The notes beneath the pieces are model-generated. The model did no database searches. It worked only from the letters and a program-made list of their open reading frames with translations, and was not told where the DNA came from. A stretch of DNA of 61,690 nt, counting the filler, from Basidiobolus ranarum (lineage: Eukaryota), in NCBI GenBank assembly GCA_040143965.1. It is 7 parts of 7 records of this genome, joined end to end, with 100 filler letters (N's around TTAATTAATTAA, not from the genome) between each part and the next. Parts side by side here need not be neighbours in the genome. Positions count along the whole stretch, not along the records: positions 17,677 to 26,409 come from JASJQH010000930.1; positions 26,510 to 35,237 come from JASJQH010000931.1; positions 35,338 to 44,058 come from JASJQH010000932.1; 4 more parts are not named here. One strand, written 5' to 3'. Positions 23,316 to 37,701 of the stretch are shown here, piece after piece. The position numbers and the translations under genes are program-made. The stretch's first letter is position 1. Each line of letters opens with the position of its first letter.

Positions 23316-25882
23316 AGGGTTGCTCCTTAATCCAATCCTTATTGTCTCCAATGGTTGTTGACAATGACCAGATCATGAACAAATCAGAGTGATTGCTCCA
23401 ACCTCCAATAGCAAGCACGCTCTTCCTGACAACGGTAGTCCACTGCCAGTGTGGCTGGCCAACCGATTAAAACTTATCACAGATGGTTCTTCTCTGGTCT
23501 ACCTCTATCCACTAGCCTCATATAACTCCGCCTTATTGGCTGTGGGCCTATTGCACCGAGCGATACGTCAAAGACCTCTTTTACACAAGGATTTTAGATG
23601 GGAAGCCTACCACCCAACTATTCATTCTGGTAGGGATATGTATATCACTTGGTTGTAGAGCAATGTAAGGACAAGATCGTCTTGTGGCTTCCATGAGTCA
23701 CAGTGGTGGCGATAAATATTCTGATGGGGTTTTCATACAAGTTGTAGTGGAGTCACAATCATTCCATCAATCAATGTGTCGACAACTTCCAAATCACTAG
23801 ACAGCAAGAATAGAACAATCATCGTATCCTCATCTAAGGGCGAGTCTCTGGGCGGATCCTATGTGATTTCTCCTGTCATCCTGGTGCCTAGATCTTGATC
23901 AGTTCGATCAATGTAGGTCAAGAAGACCTGGTCTCCTTCTTCAATATGAGTGGGCACCGAATCGAGCCTTGATTACATGCCACCCAAAGTCATCACCATC
24001 GCCTTGATAATCTCATTACCGAAGTCCCACTAGTACTTCCAGCCACTCACTAGTATCACTTTCCATTGACCGTCCGCTCCCATTTTGATGTCCACCGCAA
24101 ACTCATGATGTTAGTCTACCGTATTGACACCATCACTGAAATACAATCGAACTTTGTGAACTTTTCGAGGAAAGTGAAACAAATGAAGGATGAACCAACA
24201 CCTAATATCAACACCCATTCGGAGGTTCCACGGAGTCTTGCTAATGGATTCCTTTTTTGGTGTAAGCATCATGACAAGTCCTACGATTGAATAGGCTCGA
24301 TCACGTGAGCCATTCTCGAATGATTCTGAAAACCCAAGTTGACAAGAGTATCATTTTGAATGAATTGGAGCACGAACCCAACCCTTTCGGCAAGATTTCT
24401 ACCGCCTCGTCTTACCTTGATGTTCGATATTTGTTTTGCTGCATAGATTAGAGAATCCCTCCGTTTGTAACAGTAAGCATACTATAATGGGATAGATTAG
24501 TAGTGCATCTAGTCAATTCAAATATTTATACAGCTTGTATAGCCTTTTACAGGGGAATTAAGGAACTTGAAGTTACTAATCTCGGTGTCAATTGTACAAC
24601 TCAACCTCTCTTCCGGATACTTTTAGAGGCGCACTTTAGGAGGTTGAAGATTTGCCCCCCTGATTTCCTCGAGCTTGGGAGTATATTAAAATCGTTGTTT
24701 GCCAGTTACTTCCTCAGATGACTTATGCCAAGACTCTGCGTATGGTAAGGGAAATGAACACTAATGTTTTGTTAATTTTAACGTGTTCTAGATTTACATC
24801 ATTTTTCTTAAATTTGAAACCAATTGGATGATGGTTACCTCTACCCCGATCCTGAGTTTTAATCCTCCCCGCATTGTTCACACTTCCCCCCAACAGATGG
24901 GATTTTTGGGATGTACAAAGACATCTAGTGATATGAATATATTTGGAGTTAGGATGGATTAAATGAAATAATTGATTTGAATTGGATGATCGATGCGGTG
25001 ACACTATATTACTCCTCTGTTGATAGTAGCCAGTAAATGACCAATGATTGAACAAGACAAGTGTGACTGTGTTAAAAATGAACAAGAATTTACCAGAAAA
25101 ATTGTTCGTATTTTCTCTGGTTGTTGTTGGTACTTTAAGATATGAAAGTTAAGAATTTTATTCGTGTTAACTTGCCAAGTGGGGTTATCACATTGTCAGC
25201 CAACTCCTCAGATAAAACCGTATTATTTAGAAAACATATGGCACTCAAAGTTGCCTAGATTTTTTTCAATATTCTAGTCAAGGTCAGAATCTTGATTTTT
25301 TAACTCTAAGTGCTCTACTTGGTTCGGTGCATTAACACATCATAAAAATAATTGATAGGTTGAATACATAGAGCTAATTACATAGATAGTTGCACAATTT
25401 CATTTGTAGGAGTAATATGCTATATATAAGAAAATTATTTTATTTATATTGGAATTTTCACTTATTGATTAATTGAGTATAAAGTTAACATTTGTGGTTA
25501 TATCAAGATGCAAACAAGTCAGCATGTAGAATATTTAAGAGAAGGTCCCATAAACATGTGTGCCCAGCTTGAGGCTTCATAGGACATTCCATATACCTGT
25601 TTACTTCTAAGTTGGTAAAAATATTCCAAGTGAATTTCAATTGAGATTGGTGAGTGATATCTTGATGGATGTTACATAGCAAAATACTAAGCTATTTATG
25701 ACTTTATAGGTGCTTAGGCTATGCTTACTTTGACAGGGTTTACAAAATAAGTTATAATAGAAAAGTGGTGGTAGTAAGACCTACTGATTATAGCAAGAGT
25801 ATTACACTAGTTAAGATGTAGAGGCTAAAGTAGATGGCTTTTTTGTTTCCAATGTATGCATCATAACAATAGTTAATGATAG

Positions 25883-26409
25883 TGTTTTGGGAGCATGATG
25901 GAAGTGGTTTAGCAAATGAGAGAAATTGGCAGCTTTCACTTGTTGATTTATTAAGTATTCAGTTGACATTTGTAGTTTTGTCAAATTGTAAACAAGCAAG
26001 TATGAACAATGTGCTAAAAAAAAGTCTCAGAAACCTGTGTGCAAAGTTTGAAAAATCTCTTTATCTGAGAACTTCCTCCAAACAGCCCATATTCTTGCAA
26101 TAGGTTATGAGCCCCATGTTCTAATCTCTACAGCATGATCGAAACTACTACTAACACTTTTATCAACTCAAGTGGTGAAAAGCTTGATGGAGAAAACTAC
26201 AATTGCTGGAAGTTTGAGATGCAAATCATGCTGGAAGACAGGGAGCTTTGGGGTGTAGTCTCTGGAGATGAAAAAGAACCTTCTGACCCTACTTTATTGA
26301 AAGCTTACAAGAAAAGAGACAAGAAGGCCTTGAATGTTATTTGTCAAAGTTTGAAGGATTCACAACTTGTGAATATTCAATATGCAAAGACTTCCCATCA
26401 AGCTTGGCC
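25883..26409 (+). mobile_element. 5' end of a Ty1/copia LTR retrotransposon (putative LTR, PBS, gag start), cut by the contig end
   Basis: gag 26135-26409: KLDGENYNCWKFEMQIMLEDRELWGVV...KKRDKKALNVICQSL...AKTSHQAW (DUF4219/Retrotran_gag_2-like). PBS GGTTATGAGCCC at 26103-26114. LTR start is a guess. Confidence 0.85.
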
Positions 26410-26509
26410 NNNNNNNNNNNNNNNNNNNNNNNNNNNNNNNNNNNNNNNNNNNNTTAATTAATTAANNNNNNNNNNNNNNNNNNNNNNNNNNNNNNNNNNN
26501 NNNNNNNNN
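26410..26509. other. Artificial contig spacer
   Basis: 44N + TTAATTAATTAA + 44N. Confidence 0.98.
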
Positions 26510-27219
26510 ATCACAACGAATCTCACATCATGATCCGACTGAACAGATAAGAGCGATGGTAGAATACGCCTGGAGGCAACATAATTCCCACAGCACATTC
26601 CAATACCACTTGAACAATGATACAGGAAAAGTAGACAGTGCCATATCAACCACTAATTCCACCATATCCTGCACACTGCGCCACATGAGCACTTGATCTG
26701 ACCATCCAATCCAGAGCCCATTGATAGAGTATTTATTTCAACATAACCCACCAAGTCATTGGCCCAATACAATAGAGACAGAACCAACTGCTGTGGCCTT
26801 ATCTCCTCACACACCTGTAATATATGGTCTATCTTGCAATCCATCATCATTGAGTTGAACTGGCAATTACTATGGGCTACTATGGAGCGTTGATGTACCC
26901 CTGTATTTGGTGTTTTCTAAAATATTGGTAATCATTTTGTTTATAACCGTAGTTACCTGTTCGCTCCTTGAAGAAACCCATAATCGAGGGCATCTTTCTA
27001 CTAGTTTGAAGATACTAGCCAATTTACATCACCCAAATCCGAATGTTTACTTTTGGTACCAATCTCTGGTTTTGGTGATGTTCAACGTATTTCTCAGCAT
27101 CAACTAGTTGGACTGTGTTTATTCTTATATCAAATATACCGATCCAGCTTAACTAGTTTGATCAAACTAATTATCGATTAATCGAAACTTTCAATCAACC
27201 CTGCACAATTATGTTTGGG

Positions 27220-28434
27220 TCACTAGCAAATATCCCGTTTCGTCGATACTAAATCAGCCAAGTTCATCTTCACTTCCTTAATGGATATCTTTGGTCTAGT
27301 TAGGGTGAAGCATTGGTAATGTGTCTTTGGAAGGTCAAAAATATCAAAGCACAACCCACCTAAAGTTGGATATTCCATCGTCAAACTGGATAACCATATG
27401 TTCTAGAAGCTCTGAATCACGTGCAACCTCGATCTATTGACCCTTTCTGGAATAGTGTATAGACAAACTTCAAATTTCGAACAACCCTGATAGTATATTT
27501 GGAAATGCTAGCTGGCTTTTGTCAAGGGCTAAACTATGTGCCTTGAGAGCACTACCATAAAAAGCGCGGGCAAAAATGAGAATAGTATTTCCAAAACCTC
27601 TCTAAAATGGGAGAAAACATGCGCTTCTACTTCCGAGGATATCACGTGATATGCCTGAACTATGGAACTTTGCTCAATGATGGAATTCAGTGTTGCGTAC
27701 TTTGCACTGAGTGTAGCTGTCTCAAAATCTGCCCCAATTTCTAGAAAAGCCATAAGAGTATTCCAAAACATCTCCAATAATTCAGATCAGAATAGTTGTT
27801 CCTTGTCAGTTGATCGACTCGAGACTTTCCTATTCTGACGGATTCTTCCATACTGCTAGTGATCACGCAAGTAACGGATATGAAACAACACAATGAAACA
27901 CTTCTTGGTGATAGTTTCGAAAAGAATAGGGCAAGGGTAGGCAGAGATAGATGCAAAGGGTATCGATATTTCTGGTAAAGATTTGCTCTGTGTTGTGACA
28001 AAGCGCTTCTGAACACCAATCTGATGACCATGGGATCCAAAGCACTGGAGATATCCTGATGAATCTAGTAACAATACCAGGGCTTTTTCAAGAATAGAAA
28101 GCCAGATGACTTGCTACCAGTTTGTTATTCTATTTGACTCGTAAATATGCACTTTGATCCCGATTTTTCCATCCGATGTCAACCGGATGGAACTAATTTC
28201 CAATTTAGACTTTACAGAATATGTATACATTCACACCATATTTATTATGAAGTTTGTGTGATGCTTGTGTTTACCACTGTAACAATAATTATGTTCTGGT
28301 TTTTGAGTACGAAAAAAATCACCAGCGTTTGCATCTATCGCTTGGATGGAATTTATCAATTGTGAATCGTCCTTGAAAATGGGAACTTCTGCCGTTGCTG
28401 GCTGTTTAGCAATCTTTACACCACACCTGTCCAA
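27220..28434 (-). pseudogene. Possible stop-disrupted gene of unknown family
   Basis: ORFs 28434-28231, 28074-27856 and 27777-27529 share one minus-strand frame, separated by a few scattered stops. No recognisable domain. Confidence 0.3.
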
Positions 28435-28974
28435 GAAGTGTCAAGATATATCTGAACGCGTTGACGCGTCAATGGCGTAAACTATTGGATTTTAGACTCA
28501 AATTAGCTTATCAAATTGTTGATGGTGGTTAAAGCGCTACACAGACTCATGTTGATTGGACCCACATTAAGTTTTTTGCTTGAGAGGTACAAAGTATGAT
28601 TGGACTTTAGGATGACTGCTTTAGTGAACACGACACCAATAACTTGGATTTTTGTGCTTCGAATCTAACGCCGTTATAGGTTTGACTTATCTTTATTACA
28701 ACTTTATTATTGAAAAACTCTATTCACGAAAGGGATCATAGGCAGATTACATCGAAACAACAATCTATTGAAGTATTAACAGGTTGGAAGAAGATTGAAT
28801 GAATACTGGAGTTTTGCAAGGATTAAACAACAAAATACATAAACAGTTCGAGGTCTGGTAAAGAGAGAGGAATACAAGTCAACAAAGTGAAAAATAAAAA
28901 GGAAAACTAATGAATTCAGATCAGAGGTTGATCATTGTATACACATTTCGCGAGAATGCTCACAGAAGATTGCA

Positions 28975-29700
<726 letters not shown>

Positions 29701-30722
29701 TTTGGTGTTTGTCGAGTCCGAATATGATATGGTTGATATGACTTAGTAGCAAGAGTTGTACAATGAGTGAGGCAACGTATCAGTGGTTCTTGTTAAACGC
29801 AGTCAATGATTCTCAAATTAATAGGTAGAGAGATTCGAAATAAGAATTAACAACTGAAGCAAATTGAGGATTGGATGTGAATAAAAAACTGAAAAATTCC
29901 ACTTGAACCACTGACAGGAGCCTACCACTATTTAGCTATTTTGGTAGATACTGTCTCCGAGTAGTTTTTTTATTGATCCAGAAAATATGAATTGAATTGC
30001 TTTGAATCAACACCAGTTATATTGAAATGTGTTATTAAATTTAATAGAAAATGATGATGATAAGAGAGTACGCAAATGTTAACATTAGCTGCTACCAAAA
30101 AGGGCCTAAAATGTCCTGAAGTATAAATTATTTAACTAACGATTCGATATGGTGTGTATGAAGTAATCAAGAGCCATTTCATATAGGATCCAATGCGATC
30201 TCCCAGCTCTGTATATATTAATAACATTTGGATGAAGCTTATAATAAGTATCATAGTCATGGATTGTTCCGTAACTATAGTTCTGGAAAATGTTCAAGAA
30301 TAGTTTACGTCACCCTGGAATTAACTCAATACTCTTGATAAATCAATCTGAATTACAAGGTAACTTCTAGTTCGAGAAAAGCCTGCATGTCGAAATGGAA
30401 TGTTCTGCTATTGAACGGGGTTTCCAAAGAAGTTACGATATTCTGGATCGGAGATCATTCGATACATACGAGTATTGATGCAAGGATGGCTTCGGGATGA
30501 GATGGAAATCCACCAACTATGAAGAAACTACTATTGCTTTAATTTTGTTTGTGAAGAGTCAGTAATGCTGCTTTGAGTCACAACTTCACTCGGTTGAACT
30601 ATGAGATTGATGTGTATTTTAGTCCGATGGCTTCACAAACAGATAGACATGAAAGAATATTTAATGTTTATTTAATTGCTGATATATCAGAGATACATCA
30701 ATTCATGATGTGCCTTAGAAAC

Positions 30723-31484
30723 TCAAGCAAGAAGAGCATCCTTCTTGGCTTGAATACGTTCAGAGCGACGATCACGAGCAGCCTTAGCCTTGACGCGGTG
30801 AGCCTCAGCTTGATCAGCAATGAGTTTAGCTCTAAGCTTCTCAGCCTTGGCCTTGTGGATGAACTCCATCAAGACACGCTTATTCTTGAACACATTACCC
30901 TTGGATTTCATGTAGAGGGAATGGTACAAGTGCTTATCAATCTTGCCAGCTTCACGGTATTTTCTCAACATACGTCTTAAGACACGTTGACGGCGCATCC
31001 AAAGGACTTGGGTGGGCATACGGGCCTCGGCGGTACCTCTACGCTTACCAGTACCGGTATGACGACCCTTACGCTTAGCAGCAAGCTTTTCACGAACTCT
31101 GAAGCGAGAGTGAACGACTTGGGGCTTCTTGATGATCAAGCCATCCTTGATGAGCTTTCTGATATTTTGGCCTGAGTAAAGATTTGTCAATCACATATTG
31201 ACAATAGTTGGGATGATGCGCAAGACTTTGAAATACTTACGAGAGTTGGCATTGCCGATTTCGCTGACTTCATTAGGATCGATCCAAACTTTTCTTTTAC
31301 CGCATTTAAGCACGCTAGCGGCCAAACGTTTTTGACTGCTCAAAGAAACCCTAAATATATGTCGATGAGATGGATGGATCAATTAATCAATGTTGATACT
31401 TCAAAACAATATTCATCTGTTTTCTCTGCATGCATGTCTAACTAAGTATCCAGTTGCTATATCTCATTCTTTAATTACTCACAT
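30723..31484 (-). CDS. RPL19: 60S ribosomal protein eL19 (3 exons; start codon split AT/G by intron 1)
   Basis: [69 protein letters not shown]. Confidence 0.97.
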
Positions 31485-32849
31485 TGTAAGAAGAGTAACC
31501 CGTCAGGTTAAAAGGAAGAGAAAGAAATTCCACAGCTTCAGCGACGTTTTTAATCATTGACGTTCAACCATTAGGAGGGTCCAATCATGAATCGATTGAT
31601 TATATTTTCCTTCCACTTCTCTAATTTCACTATTTTCGATTCTTCCCTCATTAAAAGCACGGTAGTGGGTGATTCCGGCCGCCGAAATATTCGGTGAATA
31701 TTGAAAAAGAGCCGGCCATATCGGAGTATACGAAAACCAAACACTCCCTAATCTCTGATTCAAATAACCAAAACCTATGAGCTTTTTCTGATTTTCCAGG
31801 CGGGGAAAAGGTAGTGATTGAAAATCAACACGACCTGTTTGGAACAATACAAAGAGAGAATTAGAAGCCCTTCGGTGTAGGCTTAGAGTTAGCCGATACG
31901 CATCATGAATAAACCATTGCCTTTGGCCTTGGCTAAGCAAGCGATAGCATGTGGTGTGTGAGGGTCGGGTTTATTGGGCTTTCGAAGATAGCCTTGCTTT
32001 TTTTTATGTATCGAATAATATAGTAATTTGATTCAAGCTAAACAAAAATGAACATGGAGTGAAAATCCACCGAGATTAGCTACTGCGGCTGTGAAGATTA
32101 CTAGCTCGAGATAACCATGCGTATACTTTTTGCGTCATGATAGGCAATCATGGCTAGTCAGCTATGGCTTGAGCTTCAACAGAAAAAATGATCGCTGGGT
32201 TCAATGAGTAAATTGCGATGCTGCGGAGGATGGATCACAAGTGCAAGCTATCCACTAAAAACCAGCTATAGCCCCATGTTACAATGGGGAGGTCACCAAA
32301 AGTCAAGGGTTCACCTACAGTTTTACCCAAGTGTGGCTAGTCACAGCACAAAGTATGGCTGGGTTTGTCAAGATCCAATTCAATTACCTCTCAAGCTCGG
32401 GAGATCACATCAGATTCGCACTATATAATGGGCCTTGATCATATATTGTCCAATTGGTATCAAGTGCCGAGTATGACAAATTTCTCCATGGGGGAATACA
32501 ATTATATTGAACAATAGTATTGTAATCTCAACGGGTTACTAATAGTTAGACGATTGGCTATTATTGTGTAGCACTGAACATAGCCCAATAAAAGTGAAGG
32601 GAAGGGTGATTATATCAAATTAAGTTCATTTCAGCGATTTCCTTGAATTCTTGCTTACTGAGCCTTAGGATATTACTCATCTGAAATTTTCTTATTCGCA
32701 TTTCATATTCTTTTTATTACCCGTTTCTTCTGGCTCGTCACCCTCCTTTAGTTACAGTTACAAACCGAGTTACAAGTTTCGTTGTATTTTATCGAATCTA
32801 TCTCTCTTTAAACCTATTTGGCCACGATTTTTGCTTCCATTTATACACA

Positions 32850-34271
32850 ATGAACGATAGTTTGGCTTACCAGCTTCAAAGTGCACAAAACGATCCAGAA
32901 TTACAAAACCTTCTGGCGGCTGCCATTTCGCATAACCAACTAAGCAAAATGGAAGATTTGTTAAAGAGAAAAAATGACACCGATGTTCAAAAAACCCCAG
33001 CCAAACATAATCGTACGTATAACTAAAGTAAACACTGACACTATGATCAAATGGTGGTTTCTAACTTAAACATTAGATCAACAGGAAAAGGAAGATGATG
33101 ACATTGACTCCCCCGAAGGTATTTTTTAATAACAATTCAATCTTAAAGCTTATTACTTATCTGCCTTATCTTTAGATAATTCCAAGCCTACGCCGAAAAG
33201 GCCTGGTCGAAAGGCGTTAACAACCATGCCGGCTGATGTATGTATATCTGCATATACTTTAATAATGATTAGAACTAGTGGATTGATATTATTTCAAAAT
33301 AGAAACGAAAAGCTCAAAATCGTGCGGCTCAAAGGGCTTTCAGAGAGCGTAAAGACAAATATGTCAAGGAGCTAGAGGATAGAGTGAAGGAGCTGGAAGC
33401 CAATAATGATAAAAACCAGGAAGAAAACGAGAAGCTTCGCAAGCTCTTAGAAGAAGTCAAAACAGAAAATACTTTACTCAAAGGGAATTTCACCTTCCAG
33501 CCACCCAGTAATGCCTTGGATAGTGCACCTACTCTAGTAGATTTGCTTAAGAACAACAATTATCAGACAGATTCGCCATTATTTACCGATGCATTCCCAT
33601 GGACTCCTACTTCAAATGCTGGTGAAATCAGTTATCTAGGCGGGTCTGAATCGCCTGAAAATCAAGGACTGAGCCCAAGTGACGATAAGTCATCCCCATA
33701 CGCATTATCGTCGTATACTGCTACTCCTGAAATGGCTAACACAAGTGCAGCTAACCAACAAAGCACATTGTCTCCGTCACCGTTGCACGAGACTAATTTC
33801 TTTGCCCCTATCGGTGAGATTGTTGGCGATCCTTTAATATCAGCTAATGAAGGATTCCCCACTCCTCATACGTATAATCCCAATGAGCAACATGATCTTG
33901 AATTCTCTGCCGGTTTAACTGACTACAGAGATGTAGCCAATATACTATTCGATGATAGTTTAGTAAGTGGCTTATCTACATTGCCAGCCTATTTAGAAGA
34001 GAGTTGGAATGAGGAGTATGATGCAGATTCTCTATTTAGTCCGTTGCAGACTTCACACAGTGAAATTAATGAACATACAGTTTCCAACGACGGGAAGACG
34101 AACGAAGACAAGTCCGAAGATCATATAAGTTTAGAAGATTGCAAGGTTTTGGAATATGCCAGCCTGCCACTAGATTTTGATATCAATGAACTCTGCGAGG
34201 AATTACGAAAGAAAGCCACTTGTGGACGTATTCGCGCTGCTGAAAAGATTAAACAGGTCGCACAATTATGA
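32850..34271 (+). CDS. YAP1: Yap1/Pap1-type AP-1 bZIP transcription factor, multi-exon
   Basis: KRPGRK...KRKAQNRAAQRAFRERKDKYVKELEDRVKELE basic region and zipper; C-terminal DINELCEELRKKATC (PAP1 c-CRD). Confidence 0.88.
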
Positions 34272-35237
34272 AATCTTAGCTTATGGTTTGTTTTGAAAAG
34301 AGAGGAAACATGTCGAGTCCAGCTTTTAAAGCCCCATAATCTACTCATAGATGCTATGGATCTTATCATGATTTAATATCAAAATTTAGCGTAGTAACAC
34401 CTTCCATCCAAAGTACCTAAATTATTCTTTGACCAGGAAGTATTTCATCATGCACAGTAATGTATGTCACCGGTATGTAAATTCATAACAATCCTTGGAC
34501 TATCTTCTCTCATTTCTTACTTTCGGTTATCGTCATATTCTTGGCTAGTCGTTCACAATCATGTTTAAAGTATTTCATTTGTTCATCCACCACCATGTTG
34601 GTTTTTTCATTTCGTGACTATTTTAATGAGTTTTCATTTCCTTTATTATCCTTCGCTTTTCCTGATAAATTTTTAAATAGCTATTCTTATCACATCAACT
34701 CTATTTGTTGAGAACCTGTTTCAACATTTCCGCAAGTGTTAACTTTAATGAACATTCACAATGATTAAACAGTAACAAAGATTTATAACAATGCTTGGCA
34801 CTCACATTTCGCGTGTATAATTGCCACCTCTATGCCATCTTTCCCTTTTTTACGTAGAACACTAATTGAAGTTGTTAACAATATTACCACTCTTAAATTG
34901 GAATTAGTATGTATAATATATATTGTAGTTGCAAGGGATTCGTTCAATAGAAGAGAGTTCTATATGAGCTGTAGTAATAATTTGATTATTTAATAACGCT
35001 AGAAAAATAAGGAAACTGAAAGAGAAGCAAAGATGTTGATGAAAAGGGGATGAGGAGATATAGAAAAGAATAGAGAAGACGAGACGAGAGAAAAATAATT
35101 TACATTAAGAACTAAAGGTAAGTGATATAGAACTATCTTGAATAATCATAAATCAACAAACACCTTGGCTCGTTTTCTATATAAAAAGCACAAAGTCTGT
35201 TAGAATAGGCATGCTTTGAATTTCTTTTCAAATATAC

Positions 35238-35337
35238 NNNNNNNNNNNNNNNNNNNNNNNNNNNNNNNNNNNNNNNNNNNNTTAATTAATTAANNNNNNN
35301 NNNNNNNNNNNNNNNNNNNNNNNNNNNNNNNNNNNNN
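35238..35337. other. Artificial contig spacer
   Basis: 44N + TTAATTAATTAA + 44N. Confidence 0.98.
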
Positions 35338-36572
35338 TGCATTTGAAGAAGGTGTGGCTAGCCACTTCTTAATCAGTGGATTTCTGCAGTCATTTATTTG
35401 GAGTAGAAATCTTGCCCTGAGTAAAACTACTCTAATATGATATGGGAAAACACGTTACTATAATTTCTATATAAATAAATATTCAGTGAGAATCTTACTT
35501 TATAAAACTTCGAAGACAATCGAAGACCTCCATTTCATTAATACTGAATGGGTCGTTTTGGATTTTTTCAATCGCGTCTTAGAATGAAATAATTTAGAAA
35601 CAAGGAAAAGGAATGAGGTTGTATTTCAGTTATCTAACCATTCAGAAACGTATTGATCGCGGCTTTGCTCAAGTTGGCAATGTCAACTTCATTATCTATT
35701 GAAACTCGGGAATCTTGTAGTTTGGCTAACTCGTCCTGTATGTCAAATTTGTCCATTGTGTTGAAGTGTTGCGCAATAAGAAGAGATACAATATATCTAT
35801 AAAAAAATCTATTTTCTTTAACAAGGTGAATCGAACAACTTCAACTTGAAAACAAGGAACGTTGCAACAACTAAACAATAACAATATTATTTATAGATAT
35901 CCACAACCAGTGCTGTCACAGATTAAGATTTGGTTTTAACACATTCGAGCAACTTTCAATTTGTCATTGTTTACTCTGATCACTGAAAATCAACAAATAT
36001 AAATAGACCAATAAAGGGCATAATATTCTTGAGAATGGCAATCAGGGTTTTTCTGTGAAATAGTTCATATGGAGCCCGGATAGTAAATTAACCTATGCTC
36101 AATGTGTTGCTGAAGAGATATCTCACAACCATAATTGGCATTTAATGATATTGACCAAAGACTCTACATCAGCTGCGGTCTCATTGTTGTCGTTATCCAG
36201 GTATCAATTGGTAATTCACAATAGATTACATTCATCAATTTATTGTCTAGAATATTGCTCTTTGTTTGTCCAAGTGGCGGAATCCGCAATCAGGACACCA
36301 GAAAAAATATCATTTTCGTCGAGGAATAAAATATTGGTTATTGTTACAGAGCTGATCCGCATGATTTTCATAAAGTCAGATCATCGCTATCGGCCACTTG
36401 ATGCGCTTAGCAAATTCTCTGGTTTATTAGTGTCTTGAAAATCAGGCTAAAATTAATCGTGTCACAGGAAAAGGAACATTAATGGTTTATAGTTAAATCC
36501 AATTTACGTGGAAATGGTGAATAAGTAAATATCTTGGGCGATCTAGGTTAATCTCCAGACTAGTTTATGGAG

Positions 36573-37406
36573 TTAGTTGAGATGTAGCTCTTGCATATGT
36601 TTGAAGTACTCATCATGGTCATAATCAAATGAATGATTTCCACCATAGGCAACTTCTAATGTATCTGCTGGAATAATACTAAACGGGCTGGTAGAACCCG
36701 GGTTTTGATTCTTCTTCACAAATTTGATCTTCTCCTTGGTTACTTTGTCCAGGAAAGGTTGGACCATATTGAAGAACATGGAAAAAACCCAAGGCGCATT
36801 AAACATAATAGATAGACCAAGTCGTTCTGGATAGTGGTTGGCTAATGTGTCAATAGTTCGTTTAGCAATACCCAAAGGAACACTTTGACTTTGGCTATAA
36901 AGTGTAAAGTCCATAATCACAACCAATTGATAAACAGTTGGCGGCATAACTTTTATGGCTTGTTCCAAGCTGAAAATCAATAGCTTAAACCCTAGCTCTG
37001 GATCATTCCCTTCGTTTTTATCAGCTACCTTTTTTAAGTAAATGATAGGCCTACCGTTTATGTCAAAGCCATTCATATAGTTACTCTTTCGTGCCGCCTG
37101 GTCTCGGATTGTTTCAAAGGTAATTTCGTGTGGACGAAATGTTTCCCGCCAGTGTTTTGTTTTCTCAAGACGATCAAAAGCATCGTGAATGGACCAGTTA
37201 GTTGCTTTCAGATAGCGATATAGTGAGTAATCATCAAATAAATTCCGTTTTAGATCCTCTGATGGATTCGGAAACGAGTCATCTACTTTCTGACGCAAAC
37301 TAGAGTGTAGCTCTTTATGGTCTTTAGTTAAACTTTCAAGCGGACTAGCTAGGGGTTTGCCCTCGAAAAGTAGGTAGGGAGTGGAAACAGGGCTACTGAC
37401 AGACAT
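36573..37406 (-). CDS. CRAL-TRIO (Sec14-like, Pdr16/Pdr17-type) lipid transfer protein, intronless
   Basis: RYLKATNW..A..RLEKT..WR; GFDINGRPIIY; HYPERLG; NAPWVF; PFLDKVTKEKIKF; YGG...FDYDH. Confidence 0.9.
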   Translation of the reverse strand: MSVSSPVSTPYLLFEGKPLASPLESLTKDHKELHSSLRQKVDDSFPNPSEDLKRNLFDDYSLYRYLKATNWSIHDAFDRLEKTKHWRETFRPHEITFETIRDQAARKSNYMNGFDINGRPIIYLKKVADKNEGNDPELGFKLLIFSLEQAIKVMPPTVYQLVVIMDFTLYSQSQSVPLGIAKRTIDTLANHYPERLGLSIMFNAPWVFSMFFNMVQPFLDKVTKEKIKFVKKNQNPGSTSPFSIIPADTLEVAYGGNHSFDYDHDEYFKHMQELHLN

Positions 37407-37701
37407 GTTCAGTTAAGGAGAATTAACTTGAATACTGTAAAGATTTCGATTGTGTTATTTAAGTTGACTGCACAATAAACAATATTAATAATCAGATAAT
37501 CTACACATTACTACTATTTAATACTACAGTAAATTATCAACTGAATTACAGAATTCCGATTTAGAGAGATTTGCAAGTAATTTATTTACAACTATGAATG
37601 AAGATTATTTGCTTTTGACTTGGGACTAATAAATATCCTAGTAGTTAGCAAGAGGTTACAATGAATGCGTGGGATAATTGAAGAGCCAAACTGTAAGTAG
37701 T

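Noticed and set aside
26510-26860. Coding-like fragment at the start of contig 4 as a continuation of the copia element
   Set aside because: It lies on a different contig across the spacer and shows no recognisable retroelement motif.
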